From Azolla caroliniana (taxonomy: Eukaryota > Plantae > Polypodiophyta): DNA of 64,000 nt. Positions 21,816-34,775 of this stretch are shown piece after piece (position 1 is the stretch's first letter; each line of letters opens with the position of its first letter). The stretch spans positions 23,250,001-23,314,000 of the forward strand of contig JBHGNT010000004.1 in NCBI GenBank assembly GCA_043228905.1, given 5' to 3'. A program made the position numbers and the translations under genes. Under the pieces are notes generated by a model. That model saw only the letters and a program-made list of their open reading frames with translations, did not search any database and had not been told where the DNA came from.

Positions 21816-23283
21816 CTAGCTAGGACTTTTGTGAGTATCTTGTATATTGTGTTAAGGATCGTGATTGGACGCCATTGGCACAACTCGAGGCTTCGCCCTA
21901 CCGCTTTAGGGATGAGATAGATCATCCCCTCTGTCAAGCCAGTTGGCATCGCTCCTAAGGACCAAATCTCCTGAATCCCGACTTCCACTGACGGGATAAC
22001 AGTTTCCAATGAATCTCAAAAAAAACTCATGAGAGACCATTAGGGCCAGGGCATGCTCCTCTCCGCAAACCCCTAAGTGCCTCTGAGAGTTCTAATCGAG
22101 AAATGGGGCTATCAAGTACAACTTCCATCTCATGGGTGACCTTGGGGTGAATGCAAGCCATCACTCTCTCAGCCAGCTCCGTGTTTTGCTGCAGATGTAT
22201 AGGTGCGAGCAGGTCGCGATAGTATTGTGTTGTCATATGCAGAATCTCATCCTTGTCCTCCGTTATTGAGCCATCTAGTTTGCGCATCCCTTGTATATGT
22301 CCACCACCACCCTTTGGTGCCCTGGAGTGAAAGAAATGACGGTTGACCTTGTCGTCTGTTCTAGCCCACCATGATGCGGCCCTTCGAAATAGCATGCGGT
22401 TCTTCTCCAACGTCCTTTCCCGCAGCTTCAACTTTGCTTCCTCCAGCTTAGCTCTAGACCAATTGCAGCTAGGGTTTGCTTGTAGCAATCGTTGTGCGGC
22501 CGCAACGGACTTCCGTAATTTTGTTTCAATGGCTCTAGCATGCTGGAGGGCCAGCTTGGTTTCCTATTGTAAAAAGGAGGAGAGGGCCAGTTTCTTCTGC
22601 AAATCCTCACTGGCCGATTCATTTACAATGGTCTCCCGCCATATGCTCTGCAACCCTGCTTTCACCTTTGCATTCTTCATGATCTTTGTGGGGATTTTCA
22701 CAATGAGACTCCGCTTGCTACCGCAGGGTGGGTTAAGGTCTAATCTCATCGGCTAGTGATCTGAGAAGGTAAGACCTGCCAAGATAGCGAAGGAGCCCCC
22801 TAGCTCTTCGAGGGACAAGTTGATGTATATACGGTCTAGTCGCGCAAGACTACCACCCCTAGCATTCACTACAGCTCAGGAGAAGTGTAGCGAATGTGGT
22901 CATCTCCTAAGGGAAGAGCCCCATGTATCCTTCACCCCAATTTTCCCAATTAGGAAAGCCCATGAGTCCAACTCCGCACCATGAAGCGGTCTTTGGGTCC
23001 CCCCTTTCCTATCTCCCAGATGCTCAGCCATGTTGAAATCTCCGGCCATTACCCACGCCTCTGCATCAGGCAATATTGTCGCTAACATGAACACGAAGGT
23101 ATGTGCACATGAACATGAAGGTTGTTGAGACTTTAGTGAAAGTCTAAGTATGTGTACGTAAAGGTTGCTCTTTTTGAGGTCACTAAAAGCTTGAGAGTCA
23201 TTTTTCATTATTAAAATCTTGATGTCAACCATAAACATTAGTGAAGTGAATGTTACACTTAATGTGTATCCTATGAAAGCTTT

Positions 23284-23426
23284 GGTGTGAACATAGTTAT
23301 AATCATGTGAACCTAGTTAAGTAATTGTTGGGTGTGAACATACTTAGAATAGTATGAACCTAGTTAAGTAGATGTTAGGTGTGAATATAGTTATAATAGT
23401 GTGAACATAATAAAGTGATTGTTGGG
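23284..23426. repeat. Three-copy ~47-bp tandem repeat
   Basis: Unit GGTGTGAACATAGTTATAAT...GTGAACCTAGTTAAGTA.TTGTT repeated three times with divergence. Confidence 0.75.
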
Positions 23427-26400
23427 TTTCCACTTACCTCTAGAAATTGGTTAGATAAAGCATTCTACATCTTTGTAATCAACGTTAGTTTTCCCTAATC
23501 TACTGATATTTCCGTAAGTCTTCTAAGTGATATTGTTGTGTGATTAGTCTAAGATCCTTGCATTTTCTATAGCGAAATAAGCCTTATGATACTGATGCAT
23601 AGGCATACATTGATGAGGTTAATTAATTGCTACGAGGTAACATATAAGGTTAAAGATATTCATATAATTATTCGACAAAATTTGTTTGAAAAATAAGAAT
23701 TTGATATTGAGGTGAGGTGAAACATCTAAAATAGATATATTTATTTTTTCCCTAGTTATCTTTAAGAGCAATTGCAATTGACATGAGGCATCTCATGCGG
23801 CTTTGGGATAGGTTAATATGAATCGGTCTTGCCTTCTCACTTTTTATCTTTACTAGGATTTAAATGAATGATAGATCTATAATTGGCTTTATTGACATCC
23901 TCATTGAAAGAATTTGATTTTAGGAAGAGGTCAACATCGAGTACCACTTGAAACCGTTGCCATGATGTGGTATGTGCAAAGGGAGAAATGCATGTAAAGT
24001 TGAGTTTAAAATAAGTCAAGATTCTCATTAAAGTGATCATCTGAAACAGAAGTGGAAATAAGAAAAAGAAGCTATTATACATGCATAATTCTAGCTCTCC
24101 ATGAAGATCATTAAACAAGAACCCATTTTTCATACTATAAAGTATAGTGCCAATACTAAGAGCTAGCCATTGGTACGACAATGTCCAACGTTAAAAAACC
24201 TTTAAAGATGATAGAAGGAAAAGTGAGTGTGAGGTAGATACAAACCTAATAAGGGAGCTCTCGTAAGTCATAAAGAGATGAACTACAATGCATAAGAATT
24301 GACAAGGAATCATGTGGTGGATGCAAATCTAACAAGAGAGCTCTTGAAAACTATACATAAGTGAAGAGTCAAGACAAAGAAGCATGTGGTAAATAGAAAT
24401 ATTTCGACATACATTCTGCTACAATTGGGTGCCCATGCAATGACAACGACAAGGACACGTGCATAGTCAAAAGAGAAAGTAGTGGTGCATGTAAAAGGAG
24501 AGAATGTTGTATTTATCCAAAAATACAACTCCTAGAAGCTATAAAATGAGGAAGCAAGCTCAAGCTCATTCTTGTGTTCACAAGTTTTGGGAATCAAACA
24601 CCTAGGCTTTGGTGACAAACTAGATCACAGGGGGGAAAGTGTTGACGGGCTTAATTCGGACTCAAACGATATAAACCCACACTCATCATCAAGGATGACA
24701 TCATCATTCTAAAATCATGCAAAGTAACAACCATTCTCAATGCCTCAGGTTCAAAGAATGCTAAGGAACTATCCCAATTCCTTGTAGGGAGAATCCATTA
24801 GTACTAAAGCCCTATAATGAGACGCCATTGACATCGCATACAATGGTATCATCCAGGTGGTTAGCTACTAGGGTGAAAAAAATCAGCTAATTGGAAAAGC
24901 AAAGTGACATAGTAAACGTTAGAGTAAAGAGTTAATATTCAATCAATGAGAGGCTAAGATTCAAGGGAATCAATGGTTTCTCGAGGACATACAACTAGAA
25001 GGATTAGAAGCAACAACACAAATTAGAGTTATCTCAAAAAGTTTACAAACTAGAAGGAGCGTTGTTATCTCCACAATGACATGTTTCAAAAGCATCTCCA
25101 ACCTCTCCAAAAGAACAAAATATTAATCTCCATGTGAAATTCAATGGAACTCCATAGCAGTTTTGAGGATTTCTTAATTAGGTATGCCTTGTGATTCAAA
25201 TGCACCTACTAAATCTCCAATTAATGTTGCTTGACTTGGGTTGGTTGAAACCTTGTTAACAGTGACAACAGTAGGATGGTTTGCAATGTTTATATAGGAT
25301 GGCTTTATTAATGATTTTCAATGGTGGTTTGGAGATACATATAGTGTTAGCACAATGATCAACAATATCTAAAGATCGAGACAAGGAAACCGTCCAATCT
25401 TGGCTTATGCCATGTTCTAAACAAGATACATGTAGCGTGAAAGGTCAACATGACCACTAAGGTTCTAAACCATGGAAGATGGTTTTGTCGGTGAAGAGTC
25501 GCGAGAGAAGATAGTTGTGAAGTGAAGTTCTTCCTTCTAACGCACTGCTCAGTGCATACTCTATGCATGAGGGAATATGTGATGTAGTTTGCCCATCCTT
25601 GTGTACTAAGGTTTGGTTTGGTTTGATTAATTCACAATGTGCTAGAATATGTGTAAGTGTATGTGTATCATGTATGTGTATCATGTATGCGTATGTGTAT
25701 GTGTATACGATAAGCATATGTGTGCGTATTCCTATGGTATGCATATACGATATGCATATGTGTAGTGTATGCGTATGTGTACATGTAGCATAGGTGTACG
25801 TCTACGTGTACGTCTATGTCTATGTCTATTGAGATATCGTCTCTTCAAGTTCTCTTTCCCTGAACCAAATTGTCGGTTAAACCCTAGACATGCAACAAAT
25901 GAGTGTATATATGTCTAAGGTGTACTTGAAGCATAAATGTGTGGGTGTATTATGTTTGTATGATAATGTTCCTTTGACCGTTCTGAATATACATACTCTT
26001 CCAATGGAGTTTTCTCTTTCCCTCCCAATGGTCAAGGGAAAGAGGGGTATTTCGGGAATTTTAAAATTTGGAGGGGCATTGTGGGGATTATATATAACTT
26101 ATCATTTCTCATTTAAATGGATAATGCCCACAATTTGAGGAAGGCTTAGTTTCCTTTTGCTTCTGCTTCCTCTGTTTCTGAGCCATGGCCATGGCTCCTC
26201 ACTCTTCTGCAGCAGCTGCAGGTTTTTGTTATCCCCACAAACCTCTTCATTGCTTTGGGCATCAGGTATATTGTTCCTCCCTTTTCCTCCTCCCTTGTTT
26301 AGGTATGCTTTCCTGTGCCTCTCTTACTGGTTTAGACAGGGTAAAGTAATTTATTTACTCTCTCGTTTGTTTCGGCTCCACTTTCTTATGCCATTTTAAT

Positions 26401-26585
26401 TTGGATAGCTTTAAACTCACGGAAAAGAAATCCAGTGATATATGGTTGTATGCATGTACTCGTGTGTGTGTGTATGCACATTGTTTATGAATGCGCTTAT
26501 GTATGTATGCGTATGTAATGTGTGCACATACTATGCATAAGTACAGGCTTCCCAATATTTACATATGAAACCTGACGCGAATCAA

Positions 26586-26725
26586 ATATATGTATGTTTG
26601 TATTTATTTATTATATATGTATGTTTGTATTTATTTATTATATATGTATGTTTGTATTTATTTATTATATATGTATGTTTGTATTTATTTATTATATATG
26701 TATGTTTGTATTTGTTTATTATGTA
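26586..26725. repeat. 27-bp minisatellite, ~5 copies
   Basis: ATATATGTATGTTTGTATTTATTTATT in tandem. Confidence 0.9.
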
Positions 26726-27470
26726 TGTAAAGATGCCCAAATTAAGAGGATGCATCAAATTTCTTACCCCCGGTAGATCAATTTATTTCTGTAAGCGGAT
26801 GGGGTTTGTTATCACCATAGCTCGGTGTATGTTTTCTGATATATTTATGTGCAGAACATTGTACAGGGAGTTGTATTTGCTAGACAAAGAGTAGATAATA
26901 TATAACAGAACATAGTTTTTCATATTCCATTGTAATTTTTAACTCTGTTCTTTTTGTAACTCTGCATATTGCAGGGAAGATTCAAAGACTTGAATGCTGT
27001 ATATACTTTGAGAACAGATGGGACACTAATTGATAATGCTTTAATTCTTGCAAGATTCGGAGACCCACAAAAGCATTGCTCTCATATATTTCTTAGAGTG
27101 AAATTAGCATGCTTGGTTGACAATGATATACCATCAAATACAAGCACCATCAGGTTTGCCAATCTACACTATTTATAGTTTTTGCTAAAAATAATTCTCC
27201 ACTCATTTTCTTCTCTTTCTCTAATGAATTTCTAAAGCTTGATTTGTCAAACCATTTGCAAATAAACGATATGCATCACATTGTGCTTTGCATCTAATGT
27301 CTTGTTATGATTGCATCATTTTAAGCTATTATATATTGTAGATTTTATAGACAATATACAGGTTATGGTTTGCAAATGTGGAATATAGTAGGAAATCATT
27401 TGTTAGGACCTAAGAATGTCTTTGGATCATGTTTGTTGGTGCAATGTTTTGTTTGATCTTGATCTCACAG

Positions 27471-30212
27471 GTGCAAGAGAATGATCACTATTTTGGCACT
27501 GTTGAGGCTTTCAGTGAGGTGCATGAAGATGGATCAATTTACAAGAAATTTGAAGAACTTGAGGAACTGTTTACTGAAGGAAAAGCTGTTCCAAATGATG
27601 CAGTATTTTCTCTTGCAAAGAGATGCAAAAAAGAAGGAAACCTGGGTTGGGGTAAGCAATTACATAACCTTATTATAAAAAATGGTTTGTTATCGGACAT
27701 CACTATTGCAAATCAGATGATAGAAATGTTCTCCTCCCTTGGAAGTTTTTCTGAAGTTAATGAAATCTTCAACAAATTGAATGAGGAAAATGCATCTTCA
27801 TGGAGTGTCGTGATTTCTTCATTCGTCAAATATGGGCAGAATGTGAAGGCACTTGAAATGTACAATAAGATGAGGGAGTCTAATATTGAACCAGATTTGG
27901 ATATTTATATTAATGCTATAAAAGCATGTTGCATCTTAAAAGACTGTGAAGTAGGCAAGTTAATACACAACCATACAGTTGAAAGTGGTTATGACTTGAA
28001 TGTCTTCGTGAGCAATGCTCTTATAGACATGTATTGCAAGTGCAAAGACACTCAAAATGCAAGGAGAGTGTTTGATAAACTTCAGGTTAAAAGTTTCATG
28101 TCTTGGAACACAATGATTGGTGCTTATTGTCATAGTGATGAGATTGAGAAGGCATTTACAATGTTCAAAGATATGCAGAGAGAAGGATATACTCCGAATG
28201 ATATCACATTTTTGCACCTTCTAAAAGCATGCACAAACTTAGCATCTTTAGAAGAACTCCACGCAAGGATGATAGAAAATGGGCAGGAACCCGAACTGCA
28301 TCTTTGCAACACCCTTATTTATAAGTATAACAGGTATAATGCATTTGAGAATGCATGCATTTTGTTTGAGAGAATGCAGACACATGATATCATAACATGG
28401 AATTCCATGATCACTGCATATTCTAAAAAAGAATATCTTCTTGAAGAGACTCTTTGCCTTTTCCAGCTTATGCAACAAGAAGGCATTTCGCCTGACATTG
28501 TAACTTTCTTGGGTTTGGTAACAGCATGTTCTGCCATGGGATGCTTAGAGACTGGAAACCAAGTTCATGCTGATATTATCACTCATGGTCTTGAACATGA
28601 GCCATGTATTGGTAGTTGTATCATTAATATGTATAGCAAGTGTGGAAATCTTCAAGATGCAATTGCAGTTTTTGCTAAATTTCCAAGAAAAAATGTGATA
28701 TTATGGAATACCATCATAACAGCATACCTGGAACACAATAGTAGTGAGGAAGTTCTTAGTACTCTTGAGGAAATGCAAGTAAAAGGCATAGATCCTGATC
28801 GAATTTCATATATGTCTGCTTTGAGAGCTTGCTCTGACCTACTAGCCTTAGAGGAGGGCAGACGTTTTCACTCTGTTATTGCAGAGAAGGGTTTTGATGT
28901 ACACTTATCAATCAAAAACACGCTCATTGACATGTATGGTAAGTGTGGAAAGCTTGATGATGCTCGTATGATGTTTGATAAATCAGAACAAAGAAGTTTT
29001 GTGACATGGAATGCCATGATTGGAGGCTATACCCAGCATGGCCATGGTCAAGAGGCTCTTCAGCTTTTCCTCCAAATGAAGCAAGAAAACATAGAACCAG
29101 ATAAAGTTGCCTACATCTATCTTTTGAAAGCATGTTCCTCTACCATAGCTTTAGAAAAAGGGAGAAAGATACATGATATGATAAATGATGCTGGGCTGGT
29201 GTCATCAGATATATCAGTTGCTAATACACTTGTAGACATGTATGCCAAGTGTGGAAGCTTAAAAGATGCTCAAGATCTATTTGATGGATTGGAGAAGCGA
29301 GATGTCGTGACTTGGACTGCTCTGATCTCCGGTTATGCTGACCAAAATGATTATGATAGGGCTTCTCAGCTATTTGATGAGATGCAGCAATCTGGCATCA
29401 AGCCTGATGATATTTCATATCTGATTCTTCTCTCCGCATGTAGTCATAAGGGTCTTGTTAATGACGGTTTCTCCTTCTTTAAGGAAATGAAAGAGAAATA
29501 TGATATACTTCCAACTCTTCAACACTACGATTGTATAGTTGATCTTCTTGCTTGTAAAGGGATGTTAGAGGAAGCAGAAGATCTTCTTGAAACAATTCCA
29601 TTTCAAGCGAATCTCGTTGGTTGGATATCTCTATTAGGTGTATGCAGATTACAGAAGAACATAGAGATATCAAGGCGATGCTTTAACAATGTAATCACTC
29701 TGGACAAGGGTCATGCTGCTGCTTATGTGCTAATGTCAAGAATATATGCAAGTTTAGGAATGTATGAAGAGGCGAATGAGTTGGAACAATTGAGAAGAGG
29801 TGAGGATGTATGGAAAGTGCCAGGAAAAGCTTTCATTGAAGTTGATGAAACTTTGCATTATTTTACTGCTCAAGACAAGAGCCACCCTCAAACAGATTCT
29901 ATACATGCAAAGCTTGAAGCATTGAACTTTGAAACAAAGAGGCTTGCATTGGAAGTGGTTTCGAGCAATTCAGAAAAGGGTCTCTTTTGTAGGCATTCAG
30001 AGAAGCTAGCTGTGGTGTTTGGTCTTCTTAATACTTCCCCAGGGAAACCAATACGGGTAGGAAAGAATCTAAGGATTTGTGATGATTGTCATCAAGGTAT
30101 TAAAATTATTTCGAAGGTTGAAGCCCGAGAAATCATTGTACGAGATATTGATTGCATCCATACTTTCAAGGATGGATTATGTTCATGTAATGATAGATAT
30201 TATCCTATATAA
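27471..30212 (+). CDS. PLS-class PPR protein with E and DYW (KP-like) deaminase domain, organellar RNA editing factor; main exon (a likely 5' exon lies at 26185-26265)
   Basis: Repeated PPR motifs (NALIDMYCKC, WNTMIGAY, LLSACSHKGL), E domain, HSEKLA...NLRICDDCH...CSC. Phase-0 acceptor CTCACAG at 27470. Upstream exon structure is uncertain. Confidence 0.93.
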   Translation: MQENDHYFGTVEAFSEVHEDGSIYKKFEELEELFTEGKAVPNDAVFSLAKRCKKEGNLGWGKQLHNLIIKNGLLSDITIANQMIEMFSSLGSFSEVNEIFNKLNEENASSWSVVISSFVKYGQNVKALEMYNKMRESNIEPDLDIYINAIKACCILKDCEVGKLIHNHTVESGYDLNVFVSNALIDMYCKCKDTQNARRVFDKLQVKSFMSWNTMIGAYCHSDEIEKAFTMFKDMQREGYTPNDITFLHLLKACTNLASLEELHARMIENGQEPELHLCNTLIYKYNRYNAFENACILFERMQTHDIITWNSMITAYSKKEYLLEETLCLFQLMQQEGISPDIVTFLGLVTACSAMGCLETGNQVHADIITHGLEHEPCIGSCIINMYSKCGNLQDAIAVFAKFPRKNVILWNTIITAYLEHNSSEEVLSTLEEMQVKGIDPDRISYMSALRACSDLLALEEGRRFHSVIAEKGFDVHLSIKNTLIDMYGKCGKLDDARMMFDKSEQRSFVTWNAMIGGYTQHGHGQEALQLFLQMKQENIEPDKVAYIYLLKACSSTIALEKGRKIHDMINDAGLVSSDISVANTLVDMYAKCGSLKDAQDLFDGLEKRDVVTWTALISGYADQNDYDRASQLFDEMQQSGIKPDDISYLILLSACSHKGLVNDGFSFFKEMKEKYDILPTLQHYDCIVDLLACKGMLEEAEDLLETIPFQANLVGWISLLGVCRLQKNIEISRRCFNNVITLDKGHAAAYVLMSRIYASLGMYEEANELEQLRRGEDVWKVPGKAFIEVDETLHYFTAQDKSHPQTDSIHAKLEALNFETKRLALEVVSSNSEKGLFCRHSEKLAVVFGLLNTSPGKPIRVGKNLRICDDCHQGIKIISKVEAREIIVRDIDCIHTFKDGLCSCNDRYYPI

Positions 30213-30869
30213 AGAAAAGAAGTGTTCTTTCAGATGGAAAATTAATGGGGAATTAATACACGTATTCTAATTGTGCTTTACCAAAACCACAACACCATCA
30301 TTAGTAGTTATTAAGCATCTATTAGTATTATTTTGTGCCATGATCCTACCATTGAATATTACATTGAATGTTAGGAAAATATAAGAGTGGTTCTCCACCT
30401 ATTGGCACACACTAGTTACTTGCATTCTGCATTTGAATCTAATTTGTCTTCTTGAATCAATCAGGATGTAAATTATAGCCAAGACTTTCAAATTTGGTTT
30501 GTACCTTTAGGTTGCTGGTGATGTGGGCTTGCTTATTCTTAGCTACTCAATAGAAAACCCTTGGCTCCAACTTGCACTATATGTGAGGTGGAACACACAT
30601 TTTAAACTCATTGAGCATTAAATTTTGGTAAAGAAAATGATCTTTGATTGGTTTTCTTCTAAATCATTTTCATCAGTGATCATTCCCATCAATGGGCTAG
30701 TTTTGGGTGGTTTACTTATACATAAACATTACAAATAATCCATCGTTAAAGTTTTGGGTGGTTTATTTTTTGGTGTAAATAATTGATTTGGAACGCCAAA
30801 AGTTTACTAGCAAGTGATTGCATAATTTTTAGGCTCTTGGCATAGTTAGTCAAAAAAATTGGTAGATCA

Positions 30870-31428
30870 TGTCGAGAATCGTGACCGGCCACAACCGGCT
30901 TATCGTTCAGATATTCGGTTGCAGGGAACGTAAAGTAGAAGGCACTCAGATAGAGTACGAAAACAAAAATAGCACAAGAGACAGAAACACACGATCTTAA
31001 CGTGGAAACCCGAAATGGGAAAATCATAGGGGTCCACAAACCCCGAGAAACAGAATCACTATGCTAAAAGGAGTACAACTAGAAGCTACGAGGCAACGAC
31101 CTCGAGATTCTACTTCATCAACAGACGGCTACACAGTTACACACACTCTCTCTCACTTACTTATTGTTATGCAGTTACAGAGGCAACAACCTTCTTAGTG
31201 ACTTTTAACAATAACTCATAATAATATTATGATTGCCCTAAGTATTGATACTAGGTACACCTTTTGGGTTATTTACAAGTGTAGCCCATAAGGGCATATT
31301 TAGACTATTTACAAGTATACTCTTCCGAGTTGGCTTTCTACACAGTTTCGGTTTCGGTTTTGGCCTCGGCTGAGTTTCTCATCAACTCGGCTCTTCTCTT
31401 CCCATTCGGAGGGACCCGTTTCCTAATA
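30870..31428 (-). mobile_element. Solo LTR of a copia family related to the 15565-20967 element
   Basis: Flanked by TSD GATCA (30865-30869, 31429-31433). Shares colinear blocks with the copia LTR (GGCCACAACCG, ACGTGGAAA, AAATGGGAAAA, AGAGGCAAC, TTGCCCTAAGT, CGGAGGGACC). Begins TG, ends TA. Confidence 0.8.
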
Positions 31429-31714
31429 GATCACAAGTGTAAAGAAATTGGTTATGGAAGTTGCAACTCAAAAAAAAAACATTATTGCAATCGTGGGTTC
31501 AGTACATCTAAGCTGACTCTCTTGTGGGTATTATGCTGGTTTTGCAAATGTACACTAACTTGTCATCTTTTGTACAGCTCGGAAATGTTTGACTTGTAGG
31601 TTTTCTCTTCACCAAACGCAATTCAAGATCAAATTGTGTGTTGCAAAATATGTGAATTATCTAGACTAATGGTCATAGGATTTGGATTTGGTGAGAGTGA
31701 GTGACGGCATAATT

Positions 31715-32100
31715 AACTATTACGTTTACTAAGGCTTGAGAAAATGTACACAAAAGAGATAGTGGAAAATGTGTGGAGAAGGGAAATATGCAAGTTAAAG
31801 ATGGCTCCAAAGTGATGAAGAACTTGATAGTTTGAAGACCCAAGGTTTGTCCAGCATTTCTAGCGGACCATACTTATTGTCTAGATAATGGTGGTAGCAT
31901 TTGGAATTGTTGAGAGGGCCAAGTGATAGCACAATTTGGCAATTACGTTTACTCATGCTTGAGAAGATGTACACAAAAGAGGTATTGGAAAATGTGTGCA
32001 AAAGGAAAATCTCCAAGTTGAAGATGGCTCCAAAGTGATGGAGAACTTGATAGTTTGAAGACCCATGGTTTGTCGAACATTTATAATGATCCGTACTTAT
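31715..32100. repeat. Diverged tandem duplication, ~223-bp period
   Basis: TTACGTTTACT...GCTTGAGAA.ATGTACACAAAAGAG...GATGGCTCCAAAGTGATG.AGAACTTGATAGTTTGAAGACCCA occurs twice. Confidence 0.8.
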
Positions 32101-33116
32101 TTCTCATTCACTATTTATACAGAGATGGCATTGGGAAAATCATCCAAACTACATGGCACAATGATGCTAGGGTACTTCCTCAAATAGATACATATTCTAC
32201 GCAACCTACTATATACATTTCTAGACATTCGGATACTCATTCTTTGCACATGTGCTTGCTGTGTGATATTTCTTTGCTTCAAAATGAGAGATCTCAAACC
32301 ACTCTGGCAATTACAGAGACTTTTAGGCACTAAATATCAAAATCAAAGAATAAACAGTAAAACTAGTGCAGCTACATGCAAATTCAGATTAGAGAACACA
32401 TTTACCAACATCTTTGCATGATATATATATATGTGTGTGTGTGTGTATGCATGTATGATACATTCAGCGTAGATATAACTCAACAAAGGGATGCCTTTGG
32501 AGACTGTTGTGTAGTTTCGTGTCACAGGCAACTTTTTCTAGCTATGGCTAACTGCAAACATTGTATTAATTCCATCTCTGCATATACATTTCCCATAATG
32601 CAAACTCCATGGAGACCAACATTCAAATTATTGATACAAATCAATATACAAAGAAGGTAACTTGACACCCATTCCATGGTGGTCAGCAGCATTAAATATA
32701 CTTACCAACATAGGAACAAGTTATCTAGACAGTCATTATCTCTGGTGCAATTATTAGTCAATGCAGAAAATAGTGGAGATTTGAAAGATATATATTATTA
32801 GTAAATATCTGGTATGTACACACTTTCCCAACAAACTTGCTTTTATCTGTACAATCTGTACAATGTAAGAGGCAAGAACGTACTTGTAGCTTATTTACAT
32901 TCTCCTGCCATCAACATACAACCCATGTATTACAGTACTTGTTCATTGACTGGTGGTTAGCTAACATTCTACTTTTACAATCTTGTGCATGTTTTCAAGG
33001 CAACTGCCGGCTTCTATTACTATCCGTCTCTTGATCCTCTCCTTTGCACATTGTAGTTATAGTAATCCGGCATTATCCACTGTCTGCCGCACTAAAATAT
33101 ATGTAATTATCAACGT

Positions 33117-34775
33117 TTACTTGATCGAGTCTTTGAAGTCTATGTACATTTGCAACTCTCGAATAGCATCATTGGCTGTTTTCTTGTGTAAATTACCTAC
33201 CAGCAATAAATCCTCGCTCTCTTGCTGTCTTGTAATGTTCCCACCTAATGGTACAGATGAACGAAACATTGTTATCAGCGATCCTATCGCAACACCCGCT
33301 GAAATACTGCTGGAGCATGTGGGGGATCTGTCCAAACTGTTAAATTTTGTGTAAAATAAAACTATCATTCTCAAATCATTGAGTGAAAAAATAAAGGTAA
33401 AGCACCAAAATACCCGAACTTGTTGGGCATTTACCAGAATACTCCTAACATTTCAAAAATTACCCGGGGCCTTTCAATGTTTTGCCCAATAACAAAAATG
33501 TATAATGACAAATTTTGCTCACATCCCTATCAAAAAGATGTTGATCACCTGCTGTATTTCTCATCGATTGCAAAAGGGCATTCTAATGAGTTCACATCTA
33601 CGAGAACACTTGATCTTGTCTCTGCTGCATGAGGGTACATTATTGCATGCTTCTCTCCATGTTCCGGAACCTGCAGGCACCCAAAGACCTCTCTCAGACT
33701 TGAAATGCATCAATACAAAACACAATCAGATACTTTACATTCAAATGCAATTTTTATCACTAGTCGAAAACCTTTTTCTTTTTAATGAAACTTGTTTTTG
33801 TAATGACGTTGTCCTGATCATGCAGACATCAAGGAGATTCATAACTTTACATGTTCAAAATTCAAATAGAAAAACTATAGCTAGCTTAAAAACCTTTATG
33901 TTTGTGATGACAAGTTTTTCTTCACTCGAATAGTTCTTTTGACTGGGAACTGGAGATGAGTCTTGGTTTTGCCTTGATTGAATCATAGCTGTTGCATAGT
34001 CAGATATAATCCTAGGGAGGACTAAAGGAGCCTCCTTGTGAATTAGATTTGAAACTTCTGCTTGATATGAAACTGATATAAACATGCAGCCGATGCCACT
34101 GTTCATTGGAGTAAAGCAGTTGTGAACCATGTCCTTAAGGTTAATTGGAGCCGGAAGAGGTGATGATAATATTCGGTAATTTAAAGTAAAATTGCACTGA
34201 TGTGAGGTGCATAGAAGCCGAAATATGCTGTGTGCTGGTACCATGCGTGTAGTGCAATATAATGACCGCAATAATATTGTCATCATCCTTTCCAAATCAT
34301 CAAAAGGGGAACACACATTTGTTTGTTCATTACTGATACTAGACATTCTCCCTTTTGAGAGAGATCTTAACTCACTCGTTGTCTTTTTGGAGCTAAATTC
34401 TGAGAATTGGATAGTCCATCTTTCCAACAAAACCGGTTGATCAACTGAATCTAGATTTTTTAATCCAGTGTAAACATGCCCAGATTCCGGAACATTAGTT
34501 CTGTGGACGATCTTTCTAGAGCCAATTGACTTTCCTTGTCTGTTTTGCGAAAAGAAAACATCTATAACCATAGGCTCCCAGATACCATTAGACCATGGCT
34601 CCATCCGCTCGATACATGGACCAAAAGAACCTTTGCCTTCGGAATATTTCCCATCATGAAAAGATGTTGAAGTAAATATAGGTATTCTAGACTCTAACAC
34701 GACTTTCATAGAGCTTTCGTAGAACTTCATGATCGTGTGATGTAACTGAATTTTGTTAGGAGAAGCCATGATCAT
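33117..34775 (-). CDS. ATG13: Autophagy-related protein 13-like; exons ~34775-33894, 33670-33549, 33336-33117 (~405 aa)
   Basis: HORMA-type N-terminus (VVLESRI, LLERWTIQF, ILLRSLYCTTRMVPAHSIFR, PRIISDY), CPFAID motif, C-terminal AIGSLITMFRSSVPL and TANDAIRELQMY. GT-AG sites are phase-consistent. Confidence 0.82.

Larger units (their letters stand above)
1..23080 (-). mobile_element. Decayed non-LTR retrotransposon (L1/Tx1-like LINE ORF2: APE endonuclease + RT), split into three pieces (1-1234, 10559-10650, 21816-~23080) by two LTR insertions; runs off the window start
   Basis: Motifs: APE (WVMAGDFN ~23050; RLDRIY and SDH ~22760-22850) and RT (WRPITILNTIYKILTK, QTGFIRGR, LDFEKAYDRV, QGCPLAP, YADD, GGLGL). 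Removing each insert plus one TSD copy restores the frame: TKVL-AR-WITSYLPDIIHENQTGFIRGRCIFDNV-LLL-WEVMALADR. Several stops and frameshifts. The 5' boundary is approximate. Confidence 0.9.

Noticed and set aside
24625-25365. Possible PPT (AGGGGGGAAAG) followed by a TGTTG LTR start
   Set aside because: No partner LTR, TSD or recognisable coding remnant could be established.
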